Shown: in pieces, positions 28,097 to 37,646 of the stretch | Position numbering within the stretch: the stretch's first letter is position 1 | How the letters are laid out: every line of letters starts with the position of its first letter | Origin: Escherichia phage vB_EcoM_CE1 | DNA: 64,000 nucleotides | Direction: 5' to 3' (one strand) | Sequence record: ON229909.1 | Notes under the pieces: model-generated | The model's database searches: none | Told to the model about the DNA's origin: nothing | What the model saw: the letters and a program-made list of their open reading frames with translations, nothing else | Made by a program: the position numbers and the translations under genes

Positions 28097-28104
28097 TATA
28101 AATA
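28097..28104 (+). promoter_or_regulatory. T4-type late promoter TATAAATA upstream of the internal-protein-like gene
   Basis: Exact TATAAATA 37 nt upstream of ATG 28142. Confidence 0.55.
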
Positions 28105-28141
28105 TAATATATTAAATCCACGAATTAGAACAGGAAATAAG

Positions 28142-28615
28142 ATGAAATCATATGCTCAATTTTTAAATGAAGCGGTGTTAAATGAAGCATCTAGCACCGA
28201 AATTCAAGCTGTCGCAAAAGCAGCCATTGCAGCGGGTAAATATTCCTATAAAGATGCTTCTGACGAATCACGATTTCAGTTTGCTCGCGACATGAAAGCA
28301 GAAGGATTTACGGGAAATGCAGTTAGTATGGCCTGGAAAAGTTTAGTTGCTACTGGCGCTGCTTTTGCAAAGGCTTCGGGTAAACCTGCTCCTAAAGCAG
28401 ATCCTAAAGTCACACAAGAGAAAAATATCGTTAAAGGAATTATCTCCAGATATGAAGCTATCCTTAAAGAGCTTTTAGTAATCAAAACTGAAGGCCAAAA
28501 GTTAGCTCGTGCTTATAGTTTCAAAGATAACCCACATGTTCACTCTCTTGAATATGTTGAAGACATCCAAAAAATTATCAAAGACCGCATTTGGTCTGCT
28601 AAACAAATCAAATAA
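28142..28615 (+). CDS. internal-protein-like protein (CTS-like N-terminus MKSYAQFLNE, L-x-E protease sites)
   Basis: 157 aa, Ala/Lys-rich; N-terminus resembles IPI and IPIII capsid-targeting sequence; late promoter; flanked by duplicated terminators. Confidence 0.6.
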   Translation: MKSYAQFLNEAVLNEASSTEIQAVAKAAIAAGKYSYKDASDESRFQFARDMKAEGFTGNAVSMAWKSLVATGAAFAKASGKPAPKADPKVTQEKNIVKGIISRYEAILKELLVIKTEGQKLARAYSFKDNPHVHSLEYVEDIQKIIKDRIWSAKQIK

Positions 28616-28623
28616 CATTCTTA

Positions 28624-28649
28624 GCCCCAGCCGAAAGGTTGGGGCTTTT
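28624..28649 (+). terminator. rho-independent terminator, near-identical second copy of 28068-28094 hairpin
   Basis: gccccagcc-GAAA-ggttggggc plus T4. Confidence 0.65.
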
Positions 28650-28782
28650 GGTATCTAGGCCTTTCTGGACCTCTCTAGGCATCATTTAGTTTATACCCTT
28701 TATAATATATTATCCTATCTTTTAATTGCCCCTCCCCGCCCTAGAATTCCCTAAAACTTTTTAAAAATTTTTTCACAAAACT

Positions 28783-28812
28783 GTTTACATCCTTGTTCTT
28801 CCATGGTACTAT
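28783..28812 (+). promoter_or_regulatory. T4-type early promoter
   Basis: ttcacaaaactgtttaca ... tggtactat. Confidence 0.7.
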
Positions 28813-28855
28813 ACAACTATCAACTACTGATACAGAAAACAACTTGGAGAATGAA

Positions 28856-29119
28856 ATGGATAATTACGGTGAGCTGTTCAACTTCTTTATGAAATGCGTT
28901 TCAGAAGATTTCGGTCGTACAGTGAATGATATTAAAGTTATCGGTCCTGACCATCCGATGTTTGAAACTTACGCAGTAATGGGTAATGAAGATGGTCAGT
29001 GGTATACTGTAAAGGTTGTGATTAACATGTTCACAGCAGAAGGTTATGTTAAACTGTCTTCTAAAGTTTACCACGATAACGACGAAATCGCAGAAGAATA
29101 TTTCAATAATATGAAATAA
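28856..29119 (+). CDS. hypothetical protein (e.x-like block)
   Basis: ORF track 28793..29119; start moved to ATG 28856 (SD ggaga) because the early promoter lies inside the longer frame. Confidence 0.55.
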   Translation: MDNYGELFNFFMKCVSEDFGRTVNDIKVIGPDHPMFETYAVMGNEDGQWYTVKVVINMFTAEGYVKLSSKVYHDNDEIAEEYFNNMK

Positions 29120-29174
29120 GTTTACACAGGCTCATGATTGAGATATTATGAGCCTATAACTTGAGGAAACTGTT

Positions 29175-29705
29175 ATGTCTCTTTATACTGAACTGAATGA
29201 AACTTCCGAAAAATCTTTTGATGGTATTTTATCAATAATGCAAAAGCAGGTATTAGAACAGCTTAGTGAAGCCGCAAGCAACGGACATAAGGCTTGTCGA
29301 ATCCCAAGCCCACATCGTCGCCTGTATGAACGCCCTCTTATTAATTGGCTAGAAAGTGAAGGTCTTACGGTTAAGATTTGTCCTGCCAAATTTGATGTCC
29401 CACGCATTCTTAATATTTACTGGGATAAACCGGTTGAGAAACCGATTGAGAAAAGTGACCCTTGGGTTGTTAATGTAAAAACATATGATAATGGATGCTC
29501 ACTTGAGGTGTCTGCTGTAATTAAAGGCACTCACGGTGAAAAATCGTGGGGTTGGCCTGGTAAAGATAAAGAAATCGTGTTAAGTGTAAAAGCTACTAGT
29601 ATTAGTACTCCTATAGCTAAAAGCATTATTAATGCTGCTATCGATGAAGCTGAACGAATCTGTAAAATTAAAAATAGTTTACATCTCTCAAATAATGGGA
29701 TATAA
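29175..29705 (+). CDS. hypothetical protein
   Basis: 176 aa ORF. Confidence 0.55.
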   Translation: MSLYTELNETSEKSFDGILSIMQKQVLEQLSEAASNGHKACRIPSPHRRLYERPLINWLESEGLTVKICPAKFDVPRILNIYWDKPVEKPIEKSDPWVVNVKTYDNGCSLEVSAVIKGTHGEKSWGWPGKDKEIVLSVKATSISTPIAKSIINAAIDEAERICKIKNSLHLSNNGI

Positions 29706-29748
29706 TTCTTCCACAGATTTTAAATCTCAATTAACCTAAGGAAATACT

Positions 29749-30342
29749 ATGAACACACTGAAGAAAATTGTTGAGTTTATTCGCACTAAACTTGGTTCTG
29801 CTATGGCTAAAAATCTATCTGTTGAAGAACAGTATACTGCTGCAGCAGCAAAATTACTTGATAAAATTAAAGACCTAAAAACTGCTTCTGTTAAATCTAT
29901 TAATGAAGAAAAACGTATTCGTGAACTTGTTATCGAAAAGAATCGACAAGCCGAATCAAAAGAGCGTGAAATTCGCAAACTTCTTTCCGAAGGTCAAGAT
30001 GTAACAATGCATGCTAAACTCGGTTTACTATATCGTCGAACAGCTGAGCAGTTGACTACTAAGGCTGACGGTTATGCTGAAATGCGAATTGAAATCGCCA
30101 AGAAAGTAGTTGAGTTAGATGATGCTCGCCAAGAACTTGCAGTTAAATTGGAATATATCCGTGAAACTCGTGCGGCAAATGCCCTTGGAATTAGTACTGC
30201 CGATGATGTAGTTGAAATTGCAGCACTGACTAAGGTTGATATTGAAGATACCCTTGCTCGAGTTGAAACCTTTAACGGTAATATTTCTGGGGTTGAAACC
30301 ACCTCTGCCGATGTTCAGGAATACATTAATTCTCTGAAATAA
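29749..30342 (+). CDS. hypothetical coiled-coil protein
   Basis: 197 aa, largely alpha-helical/coiled-coil by composition. Confidence 0.55.
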   Translation: MNTLKKIVEFIRTKLGSAMAKNLSVEEQYTAAAAKLLDKIKDLKTASVKSINEEKRIRELVIEKNRQAESKEREIRKLLSEGQDVTMHAKLGLLYRRTAEQLTTKADGYAEMRIEIAKKVVELDDARQELAVKLEYIRETRAANALGISTADDVVEIAALTKVDIEDTLARVETFNGNISGVETTSADVQEYINSLK

Positions 30343-30345
30343 TGA

Positions 30346-30366
30346 TAAGGGGCTTCGGCCCCTTAT
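30346..30366 (+). terminator. hairpin ataaggggc-UUCG-gcccctta
   Basis: UUCG tetraloop hairpin immediately after stop codon; weak T-run. Confidence 0.45.
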
Positions 30367-30383
30367 ACTTGGAGTAAATAGGA

Positions 30384-30998
30384 ATGAAAATGAAAATGCA
30401 AAGTGATTTCAATTCAATGTTTGAAGAGTTCCAAAGACAGGTTGATGTTCCAGACCAATTACTAAATGCTCTTAAACGTATGGCAGAAGGACGTAATTAC
30501 TATTGGGGGTCTTCATATGAAACTGATGAAAGTCTTTCTGGAAGATTTTCTAGAGGTAAAAAGTCTTTAATACGTCCTGGAATACTCATTAACAGTATTG
30601 AATCAATTCATTCATTGACGTGTGATTTTGATGTTGAATTTACTGATTTCATTTCTCCTGAATGGACGGTTTGTTATTTAAACGACGATTATGATTATCT
30701 TGGCGTTTATAGTTTAAGTGATGCATGGTTTAAACGTAATTTACAAAAGTCAAATTTGTTCTATATTGATACTACGGTAAAATTTCAGGGAAAGAAATAT
30801 TTCTTTACTCTTATAGTTGATTCTGAAACAAAATATGAAAATAAGCGTATTCTTAGTAAAAAGAATATCTTGACTATTGTTGATGATCTTTTTGATAAAT
30901 TCGTGGAAAATCCTAATTTTGAAAGCGATTTATTACTAGAAAAATTTGTTAAGGAATGTAGAGAATATGTCAAAGCCATCACTATACCTTCCAAGTAA
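30384..30998 (+). CDS. hypothetical protein
   Basis: 204 aa ORF. Confidence 0.55.
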   Translation: MKMKMQSDFNSMFEEFQRQVDVPDQLLNALKRMAEGRNYYWGSSYETDESLSGRFSRGKKSLIRPGILINSIESIHSLTCDFDVEFTDFISPEWTVCYLNDDYDYLGVYSLSDAWFKRNLQKSNLFYIDTTVKFQGKKYFFTLIVDSETKYENKRILSKKNILTIVDDLFDKFVENPNFESDLLLEKFVKECREYVKAITIPSK

Positions 30999-31359
30999 AC
31001 CTGTGAAGTATGAACTAAAGCGTCAGCTAATTCCTACTGATGTATTAATAGGTCCTGTGGTAGCTGTATCATTTGTGATTCTGCTGATTGCTGGAATGGT
31101 TATAGACGTTATGACTGATATTGAATCTGGTGCAATATTTGGAGCAACACTAATTCTTCCATTAATAATTCCGCTTTTATTAGTACCTGTAAATTGGGTA
31201 GGATACTGGTATCAAGGAAGACATTATCGTAAACGCGTACGTGAGTGGAAAGCCCAGTGCAAAAAGATTAAAAAAGAACATCAGCTTAAACTTGCTGCGT
31301 ATGAATTTGATGAAATTATGAAATTTGTTAAGGAATCACGATGCAAAAGCCAAAACTAA
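30946..31359 (+). CDS. hypothetical membrane protein
   Basis: 137 aa with two hydrophobic segments; start uncertain. Confidence 0.5.
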   Translation: MLRNVENMSKPSLYLPSKPVKYELKRQLIPTDVLIGPVVAVSFVILLIAGMVIDVMTDIESGAIFGATLILPLIIPLLLVPVNWVGYWYQGRHYRKRVREWKAQCKKIKKEHQLKLAAYEFDEIMKFVKESRCKSQN

Positions 31360-31703
31360 ATAAAGTCAAATATTCGTTTCCTGAGTCATTTTTAATTTTT
31401 GCTGTGGCGTTGGCTGCAGCTCTTGCGGGTAGTCTTTTTGGATTGTTAATTGACTGTCTTATTTTAAACATCGACGGCACAGTAAATATAACAGAAGTTT
31501 GGAGTGAACTTCACTATACTAAAATTATTTCATTATTTTCATTCTTTGGTACCATGTTATATTTTCATTATGATAATTTTAAAATAAATTGGCAAAGAAA
31601 AAAGGATTACAAAATACAATTAAAAGAATATAATAGCTACATGTCTTATATTGAAAATGAATCAATGAAAGAGTTTGTGAGTGATTGCAGGAAATTAAAA
31701 TGA
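31341..31703 (+). CDS. hypothetical membrane protein
   Basis: 120 aa with hydrophobic segments. Confidence 0.5.
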   Translation: MQKPKLNKVKYSFPESFLIFAVALAAALAGSLFGLLIDCLILNIDGTVNITEVWSELHYTKIISLFSFFGTMLYFHYDNFKINWQRKKDYKIQLKEYNSYMSYIENESMKEFVSDCRKLK

Positions 31704-32140
31704 AAACATTATCAGCTGGTATTATCTTTATGACCGAAGATAAAGATTTATTCATGGGACGGGTTACTGGTTCTCGTAAGCCTGGAATGATGGCACATCG
31801 CTGGGATATCCCAAAGGGCCGCGTAGAAAATTCTGATTTAAGCGTACTAGATGCAGCACGAAGAGAATGTTTAGAAGAGACTGGTTTTAGCAATTATAAT
31901 CCAGACCTTCTAGAAGACCTAGGTGTATTTAAATATTCTAGTAATAAAGACTTACAGTTATTTTATTATACGATTCCAGTAGAGCATGAGATGTTTAGAA
32001 ATTGCCATTGCGAGTCTTATTTTGAAAATAAAGATGGCGTTATGATTCCAGAGATGGACGCTTTTGCTCTTATTCCTCGTACTCAGTGGCAATATGTGAT
32101 GGGTCCTTCACTTTACCGAATAATGAACAACCTCTTTTAA
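31685..32140 (+). CDS. nudE: Nudix hydrolase
   Basis: 151 aa, Nudix box RRECLEETGF; adjacent to e as T4 e.1/nudE. Confidence 0.85.
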   Translation: MQEIKMKTLSAGIIFMTEDKDLFMGRVTGSRKPGMMAHRWDIPKGRVENSDLSVLDAARRECLEETGFSNYNPDLLEDLGVFKYSSNKDLQLFYYTIPVEHEMFRNCHCESYFENKDGVMIPEMDAFALIPRTQWQYVMGPSLYRIMNNLF

Positions 32141-32671
<531 letters not shown>

Positions 32672-32675
32672 AGTT

Positions 32676-32705
32676 GTTTACTTTCTCCTAGAACTGTGAT
32701 AGTAT
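32676..32705 (+). promoter_or_regulatory. T4-type early promoter
   Basis: gtttac ... tgatagtat upstream of ip-like gene. Confidence 0.6.
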
Positions 32706-32748
32706 ATTCACAGTTACTAATTAAAATATTTACATTTAAAGGAAACAT

Positions 32749-33222
32749 ATGAAAACATATCAAGAATTTATTACTGAAGCAGCTATTAATTCTCAAATTA
32801 TTGCTGAATCTTTTACTGATCTTTTGAAATTTAAAAAAGGACAGAAAATTACTGCTGTATTAGATGATGGCACAGAAGTTGAGATGGATGTACAGGGATA
32901 TAATTATGCAGTAGATGGAAAACTGTATAATAAATCTCATGCTAAATTTGATTCATTTGATGATTTTGTTAATACAGTTGAAGATGAAAAAACTCGTCGA
33001 TCCATTGCAACTGGTGATGCTAAGGTTCTTATGGCGCATGGACATGAACGTATTCGCGCTAAACAGAATAAAATGGGTGAAGATAATTTCGCATTAGTTG
33101 GTTATCAATCTGGTAAACAAACTTATGGTTATCAGCGTACTGCTACCATGTATAATAAAAATGGTAAAATCGCTTTCGTGAATAGTAAAGGTTCTATTCA
33201 GTACGTTAAATCGTTCAAATAA
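32749..33222 (+). CDS. internal protein (IPIII/IPII-like; CTS MKTYQEFITEA)
   Basis: 157 aa with canonical T4 capsid-targeting N-terminus; exact IP type not resolved. Confidence 0.7.
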   Translation: MKTYQEFITEAAINSQIIAESFTDLLKFKKGQKITAVLDDGTEVEMDVQGYNYAVDGKLYNKSHAKFDSFDDFVNTVEDEKTRRSIATGDAKVLMAHGHERIRAKQNKMGEDNFALVGYQSGKQTYGYQRTATMYNKNGKIAFVNSKGSIQYVKSFK

Positions 33223-33363
33223 CATGGGAACAACCTGGACCTCATGATTCTGTGAGGGATTCCCGCCAACCTGTAATAAGGTCGAGCCCAAGTGCGGTAA
33301 TGGGTAAATACAGAAATGGACAATTCATGCGCCATGGAATGGCCCAAATTTAGAGAGAATAAA

Positions 33364-33903
33364 ATGAGAACATTTTTAACTGGTCCTTATCTATCCCTGA
33401 TGAATGCTTTTACACACCATTCTGATGCTAGAGTAGAAGAAATTTGTAAAAACGATTATATCCCACCATTTGAAGACTTACTCAAACAGTATTGCACACT
33501 TCGACTAGATGGTGGCAGACAATCTGGTAAATCAACTGCAGTAACTAATTTTGCCGCTAATTGGTTGTATGACGGTGGAACAGTTATTGTTCTTTCTAAT
33601 ACTTCAGCTTATGCTAAAATTTCCGCAGATAATATTAAAAAGGAATTTTCGCGTTATTCTAATGATGATATTCGATTCCGCTTATTTACTGATTCTGTCC
33701 GTAGTTTTGTTGGTAATAGAGGTAGCAAGTTCAGAGGTTTATCGCTTTCTCGAATTTTGTATATAATCGATGAGCCTGTTAAATCTCCTGATATGGATAA
33801 AATTTACGATATTCATATTGAAACTGTGCAACACTGCTGCAATAGTAAATGCTGCATTGGTGGTATTACTCGTCCACAGTTTTTCGTAATCGGAATGCAA
33901 TGA
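33364..33903 (+). CDS. small P-loop NTPase with terminase-ATPase-like Walker A (GGRQSGKST) and Walker B (RG.S...ILYIIDE)
   Basis: ORF track 33316..33903; start moved to ATG 33364 (SD gagag); motif spacing parallels gp17 ATPase core in this window. Confidence 0.55.
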   Translation: MRTFLTGPYLSLMNAFTHHSDARVEEICKNDYIPPFEDLLKQYCTLRLDGGRQSGKSTAVTNFAANWLYDGGTVIVLSNTSAYAKISADNIKKEFSRYSNDDIRFRLFTDSVRSFVGNRGSKFRGLSLSRILYIIDEPVKSPDMDKIYDIHIETVQHCCNSKCCIGGITRPQFFVIGMQ

Positions 33904-34229
33904 TGACAGATACGCAACTTTTCGAATATCTTTATTTTTCGCCAAAAACTATTAAAAATAAATTGGTGAATCATTTTGAAATTTTGGCAAATAACAACGT
34001 CTTGAGCGAATTTTATCCTAAGCAATACAAATTACAAAAAGGCGTATTCAAAGGATGCAGAGTTTTGTGTACTGCTCCTAATGCACGGCTAATGAATAAA
34101 ATTCCATATTTTACCATGGAATTTATTGATGGACCTTTTAAAGGACTAATCACCCAAAGTTTAATGGCATATGATTCTGAGCCGTTTTTAATTAAAGAAC
34201 AATCTTGGATAAATTTATTTTCTAATTGA
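33900..34229 (+). CDS. hypothetical protein
   Basis: ORF track 33849..34229; start moved to MMTDT ATG overlapping upstream stop. Confidence 0.5.
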   Translation: MMTDTQLFEYLYFSPKTIKNKLVNHFEILANNNVLSEFYPKQYKLQKGVFKGCRVLCTAPNARLMNKIPYFTMEFIDGPFKGLITQSLMAYDSEPFLIKEQSWINLFSN

Positions 34230-34235
34230 GGTTAT

Positions 34236-34598
34236 ATGAAAGCATATCAAATTCTTGAAGGCACACATAAAGGTACTATTTATTTTGAAGATGGTATTCA
34301 AGCACGAATTATTGTCTCTAAAACCTTTAAAGAGGACTCTTTTGTAGACCCAGAAATTTTCTATGGTTTGCATGCCCGTGAAATTGAAATTGAAACACAA
34401 CCTACAGTTAAAATTGAAGGTGGTCAGCACCTGAACGTTAACGTTCTGCGTCGTGAAACTCTGGAAGATGCAGTTAAGCATCCGGAAAAATATCCGCAGC
34501 TGACCATCCGTGTATCCGGATACGCAGTTCGCTTTAACTCTCTGACTCCGGAACAGCAACGCGACGTTATTGCTCGTACCTTTACTGAGAGTTTGTAA
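34236..34598 (+). CDS. autonomous glycyl radical cofactor (GrcA/YfiD-like)
   Basis: C-terminal [25 protein letters not shown] glycyl-radical motif; C-terminal half uses E. coli-like codons. Confidence 0.85.
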   Translation: MKAYQILEGTHKGTIYFEDGIQARIIVSKTFKEDSFVDPEIFYGLHAREIEIETQPTVKIEGGQHLNVNVLRRETLEDAVKHPEKYPQLTIRVSGYAVRFNSLTPEQQRDVIARTFTESL

Positions 34599-34819
34599 TG
34601 GCAAAGATAATTATTGAAGGTTCTGAAGATGTGCTAAATGCTTTCGCCGAATGGTTTAGTAATTCAGGCGAACAGCAATTTAACGAAGCGTGGAACATGG
34701 GTGATATTAATGGAATTTATCCTACGACAGAAATTTCTGTTCAAGGATATGGCATTAATGAGCCTATTCGTTTAGTTGAATATGATTTGGGAACAGGTGA
34801 GGAAGTAAAATATGATTGA
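34598..34819 (+). CDS. hypothetical protein
   Basis: 73 aa ORF, ATGA-overlapped. Confidence 0.5.
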   Translation: MAKIIIEGSEDVLNAFAEWFSNSGEQQFNEAWNMGDINGIYPTTEISVQGYGINEPIRLVEYDLGTGEEVKYD

Positions 34820-35078
34820 AGACATTAAAGGTTATAAGCCACATACTGACGATAAAATCAGTAAAGTGAATGCTATCAAAGACGCTGAAGTTCGTTTAGG
34901 ACTTATCTTTGATGCTTTATATGATGAATTCTGGGAAGCGCTAGATAATTGTGAAGACTGTGAATTCGCGAAGAATTATGCTGAAAGTCTCGATCAGTTA
35001 ACTATTGCTAAAACGAAACTCAAAGAAGCCAGTATGTGGGCTTGTCGTGCTGTGTTCCAACCAGAGGAAAAATATTAA
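34812..35078 (+). CDS. hypothetical protein
   Basis: 88 aa ORF. Confidence 0.5.
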   Translation: MIEDIKGYKPHTDDKISKVNAIKDAEVRLGLIFDALYDEFWEALDNCEDCEFAKNYAESLDQLTIAKTKLKEASMWACRAVFQPEEKY

Positions 35079-35356
35079 TGGCCCAATTAAGCGCAGGGTT
35101 TGGTTATGAGTATTATACTGCCCCTCGTCGTGTATCTGTCGCTCCTAAGAAAATTCAAAGTCTTGATGACTTCCAGGAAGTAGTCCGTAACGCTTTCCAG
35201 GACTATGCACGTTATCTTAAAGAAGATTCACAGGACTGTCTCGAAGAAGATGAAATTGCTTACTATGAGCAGCGTCTTGAACAGCTCAAAAATCTACATG
35301 AGGTTCGTGCAGAAGTTTCAAAGTCTATGAATAAATTGATTAGATTTAAAGAATAA
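35078..35356 (+). CDS. hypothetical protein (T4 vs.x-like position)
   Basis: ORF track 35036..35356; start moved to ATG 35078 overlapping upstream stop. Confidence 0.5.
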   Translation: MAQLSAGFGYEYYTAPRRVSVAPKKIQSLDDFQEVVRNAFQDYARYLKEDSQDCLEEDEIAYYEQRLEQLKNLHEVRAEVSKSMNKLIRFKE

Positions 35357-35358
35357 CT

Positions 35359-35388
35359 GTTTACTTTTCCTCTTGACTGTGGTATAAT
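35359..35388 (+). promoter_or_regulatory. T4-type early promoter (GTTTAC, TTGACT, TGtGGTATAAT)
   Basis: Strong sigma70-like elements 28 nt upstream of regB. Confidence 0.7.
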
Positions 35389-35415
35389 TTTTCTATCAGT
35401 TAAGAGGAGAATAAC

Positions 35416-35877
35416 ATGACTATCAATACAGAAGTTTTTATCCGTCGAAATAAGCTCCGTCGTCACTTTGAGTCGGAGTTTCGTCAAATTAACAATGAGA
35501 TTCGTGAGGCATCAAAAGCAGCAGGGGTCTCATCGTTTCATCTAAAATATTCTCAGCATCTTCTTGACCGTGCAATTCAACGGGAGATTGATGAGACATA
35601 TGTTTTTGAATTATTCCACAAAATAAAAGACCATGTTTTAGAAGTTAATGAATTCCTGAGTATGCCTCCGCGTCCTGACATTGACGAGGATTTTATTGAT
35701 GGGGTTGAATATCGTCCTGGACGTTTAGAAATCACAGATGGAAATCTTTGGCTTGGATTTACAGTTTGTAAACCTAACGCGAAGTTCAAAGACCCGTCAC
35801 TTCAATGTAGGATGGCAATTATCAACAGTCGTCGTTTACCAGGAAAGGCTTCTAAAGCAGTAATTAAAACTCAATGA
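35416..35877 (+). CDS. regB: site-specific endoribonuclease RegB
   Basis: 153 aa, matches remembered T4 RegB. Confidence 0.9.
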   Translation: MTINTEVFIRRNKLRRHFESEFRQINNEIREASKAAGVSSFHLKYSQHLLDRAIQREIDETYVFELFHKIKDHVLEVNEFLSMPPRPDIDEDFIDGVEYRPGRLEITDGNLWLGFTVCKPNAKFKDPSLQCRMAIINSRRLPGKASKAVIKTQ

Positions 35878-35884
35878 GGTAAGC

Positions 35885-36430
35885 ATGAGAAAAGCACTAC
35901 TCGCTGGTCTATTGGCCATTTCAATGATGGCACATAGCTCCGAGCATACTTTCAGTAATGTCCAACTCGATAACATGCGTTACGCGTATCAATTCGGGGA
36001 ACAATTTTCTAAGGATGGAAAATATAAAACACATAAAAATATCCACAAGGGTGGATTAGGTCATATAATGGCTGCTATTTTATGGCAAGAAAGCTCTGCC
36101 GGAGTTAATTTAAAATCTAAACCAAAGCATCACGCTTATGGAATGTTCCAAAATTATTTGCCTACTATGCGAGCGAGAGTTAAGGAACTTGGTTATAATA
36201 TGACCGATGCTGAAATAAAAAGAATGTTGAATAAACGGTCCAATTCAGCTTCCTGGGCGTACATTGAACTTTCTTATTGGTTAAATATACATAAGGGCGA
36301 TATAAGAAAGGCAATATCCTCTTATAATTCGGGATGGAATGTTAAAGCAGGTTCTAAATATGCTTCTGAAGTCCTAGAAAAGGCTAATTACCTTAAAAAT
36401 AATAAACTTTTGGAAATAGTAAATGACTAA
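35885..36430 (+). CDS. secreted lytic transglycosylase-like protein (SLT domain)
   Basis: Signal peptide; SLT-like motifs WQESSAG and AYGMFQ. Confidence 0.65.
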   Translation: MRKALLAGLLAISMMAHSSEHTFSNVQLDNMRYAYQFGEQFSKDGKYKTHKNIHKGGLGHIMAAILWQESSAGVNLKSKPKHHAYGMFQNYLPTMRARVKELGYNMTDAEIKRMLNKRSNSASWAYIELSYWLNIHKGDIRKAISSYNSGWNVKAGSKYASEVLEKANYLKNNKLLEIVND

Positions 36431-36770
36431 AATTTTGGTTTTATGTATAGGATTAATTTCATTTTCTGCTTCTGCGTTAGCAAATACATCATATACTGAA
36501 ATTAGAGAGTATGTAAATCGCACTGCGGCAGATTATTGTGGGAAAAATAAAGCATGCCAAGCTGAATTTGCGCAGAAATTAATATATGCATATAAAGACG
36601 GAGAAAGAGATAAATCAAGCAGATACAAAAACGATACATTATTAAAACGATATGCTAAAAAGTGGAATACCTTAGAATGTTCAGTTGCGGAGGAGAAAGA
36701 TAAAGCCGCTTGTCATTCAATGGTTGACCGTTTGGTAGATTCTTATAATCGAGGATTGAGTACTAGATGA
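36423..36770 (+). CDS. vs: valyl-tRNA synthetase modifier
   Basis: 115 aa with signal peptide, matches remembered T4 Vs. Confidence 0.8.
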   Translation: MTKILVLCIGLISFSASALANTSYTEIREYVNRTAADYCGKNKACQAEFAQKLIYAYKDGERDKSSRYKNDTLLKRYAKKWNTLECSVAEEKDKAACHSMVDRLVDSYNRGLSTR

Positions 36771-37234
36771 TTGTAAAATATATCAAGGGCGATATTGTCG
36801 CCCTTTTCGCTGAAGGTAAAAATATTGCGCATGGATGCAATTGTTTTCATACTATGGGTTCAGGCGTAGCGGGTCAATTAACCAAAGCTTTCCCTAAAAT
36901 TTTGGAAGCTGATAAATTACAGACTGAATGGGGTGATGTAACTAAACTTGGTTCTTACTCAGTCTATGAAAAATACTTTAGGACTCATAAAGCGTATTGC
37001 TTCAACCTTTATACTCAATTTCAACCAGGGCCAAATTTTGAGTATTCCGCTTTAATGAATTGTATGTTAGAATTAAATGAGTTTGGTGAAAATAAACTGA
37101 TTAAACCTACAATCTATATGCCTAGGATTGGTGCAGGCATAGGTAAAGGGAACTGGGATATTATTGAGGGGATTTTAGATACATATTCCTCTAAATTAGA
37201 AATTGTGATTGTTGATTGGGAACCGTTATTATGA
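36767..37234 (+). CDS. macrodomain protein (ADP-ribose binding/processing)
   Basis: Macro motifs HGCNCFHTMGSGVAGQL and RIGAGIGKGNW. Confidence 0.7.
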   Translation: MIVKYIKGDIVALFAEGKNIAHGCNCFHTMGSGVAGQLTKAFPKILEADKLQTEWGDVTKLGSYSVYEKYFRTHKAYCFNLYTQFQPGPNFEYSALMNCMLELNEFGENKLIKPTIYMPRIGAGIGKGNWDIIEGILDTYSSKLEIVIVDWEPLL

Positions 37235-37443
37235 ATATACATTATCCACATCCGTATGACCCAAAGAATAAGGCAGTAATTATTCGTCAATGGGAACGCA
37301 TTTGCCGTACTAAATGTCCAATTAATAGTCCGCATGATGTAGATAAAGACTACATTGGAACATTCGTTGAATATACCTTTATTGATAAGAAAGGTCGTAA
37401 ACAGCATGTAGAAGAATACTGCTTAAAGGTTACATGGTTATGA
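37231..37443 (+). CDS. hypothetical protein
   Basis: ORF track 37216..37443; ATGA overlap start at 37231. Confidence 0.45.
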   Translation: MNIHYPHPYDPKNKAVIIRQWERICRTKCPINSPHDVDKDYIGTFVEYTFIDKKGRKQHVEEYCLKVTWL

Positions 37444-37646
37444 GCCAAACTAGTATTCTTAAAAATGCCCATTGTGAAAAGTGTAAATGGCCAGTTGTTT
37501 TTGCTTTATGCAACGATGAAATGGCTTGTGATTTCGATTATTGGTGCTATTGTTCTAATAAAGGATGCATCAATCATAAAGGTGAAGGATTTTATTCGGG
37601 ATTTTATCCTTATCCAGATTTCGTTAAAGAAGGTAAACCGAAATGA
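37434..37646 (+). CDS. hypothetical Cys-rich protein
   Basis: 70 aa with multiple CxxC. Confidence 0.45.
   Translation: MVMSQTSILKNAHCEKCKWPVVFALCNDEMACDFDYWCYCSNKGCINHKGEGFYSGFYPYPDFVKEGKPK

Noticed and set aside
28793-28855. Longer N-terminal extension of the ORF at 28793
   Set aside because: An early promoter (-35 at 28783, -10 at 28807) lies inside the extension, so transcription cannot cover it; ATG 28856 with SD ggaga is the likely start.
29128-29155. Inverted repeat aggctcat…atgagcct between two e.x-like ORFs as a terminator
   Set aside because: No downstream U-run and a 12-nt loop; could be an RNA processing or regulatory hairpin but the evidence is too weak to annotate.
29749-30342. 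PspA/IM30-like identity for the 197-aa coiled-coil protein
   Set aside because: Only a vague N-terminal helix resemblance; cannot be supported without a profile search, so left as hypothetical.
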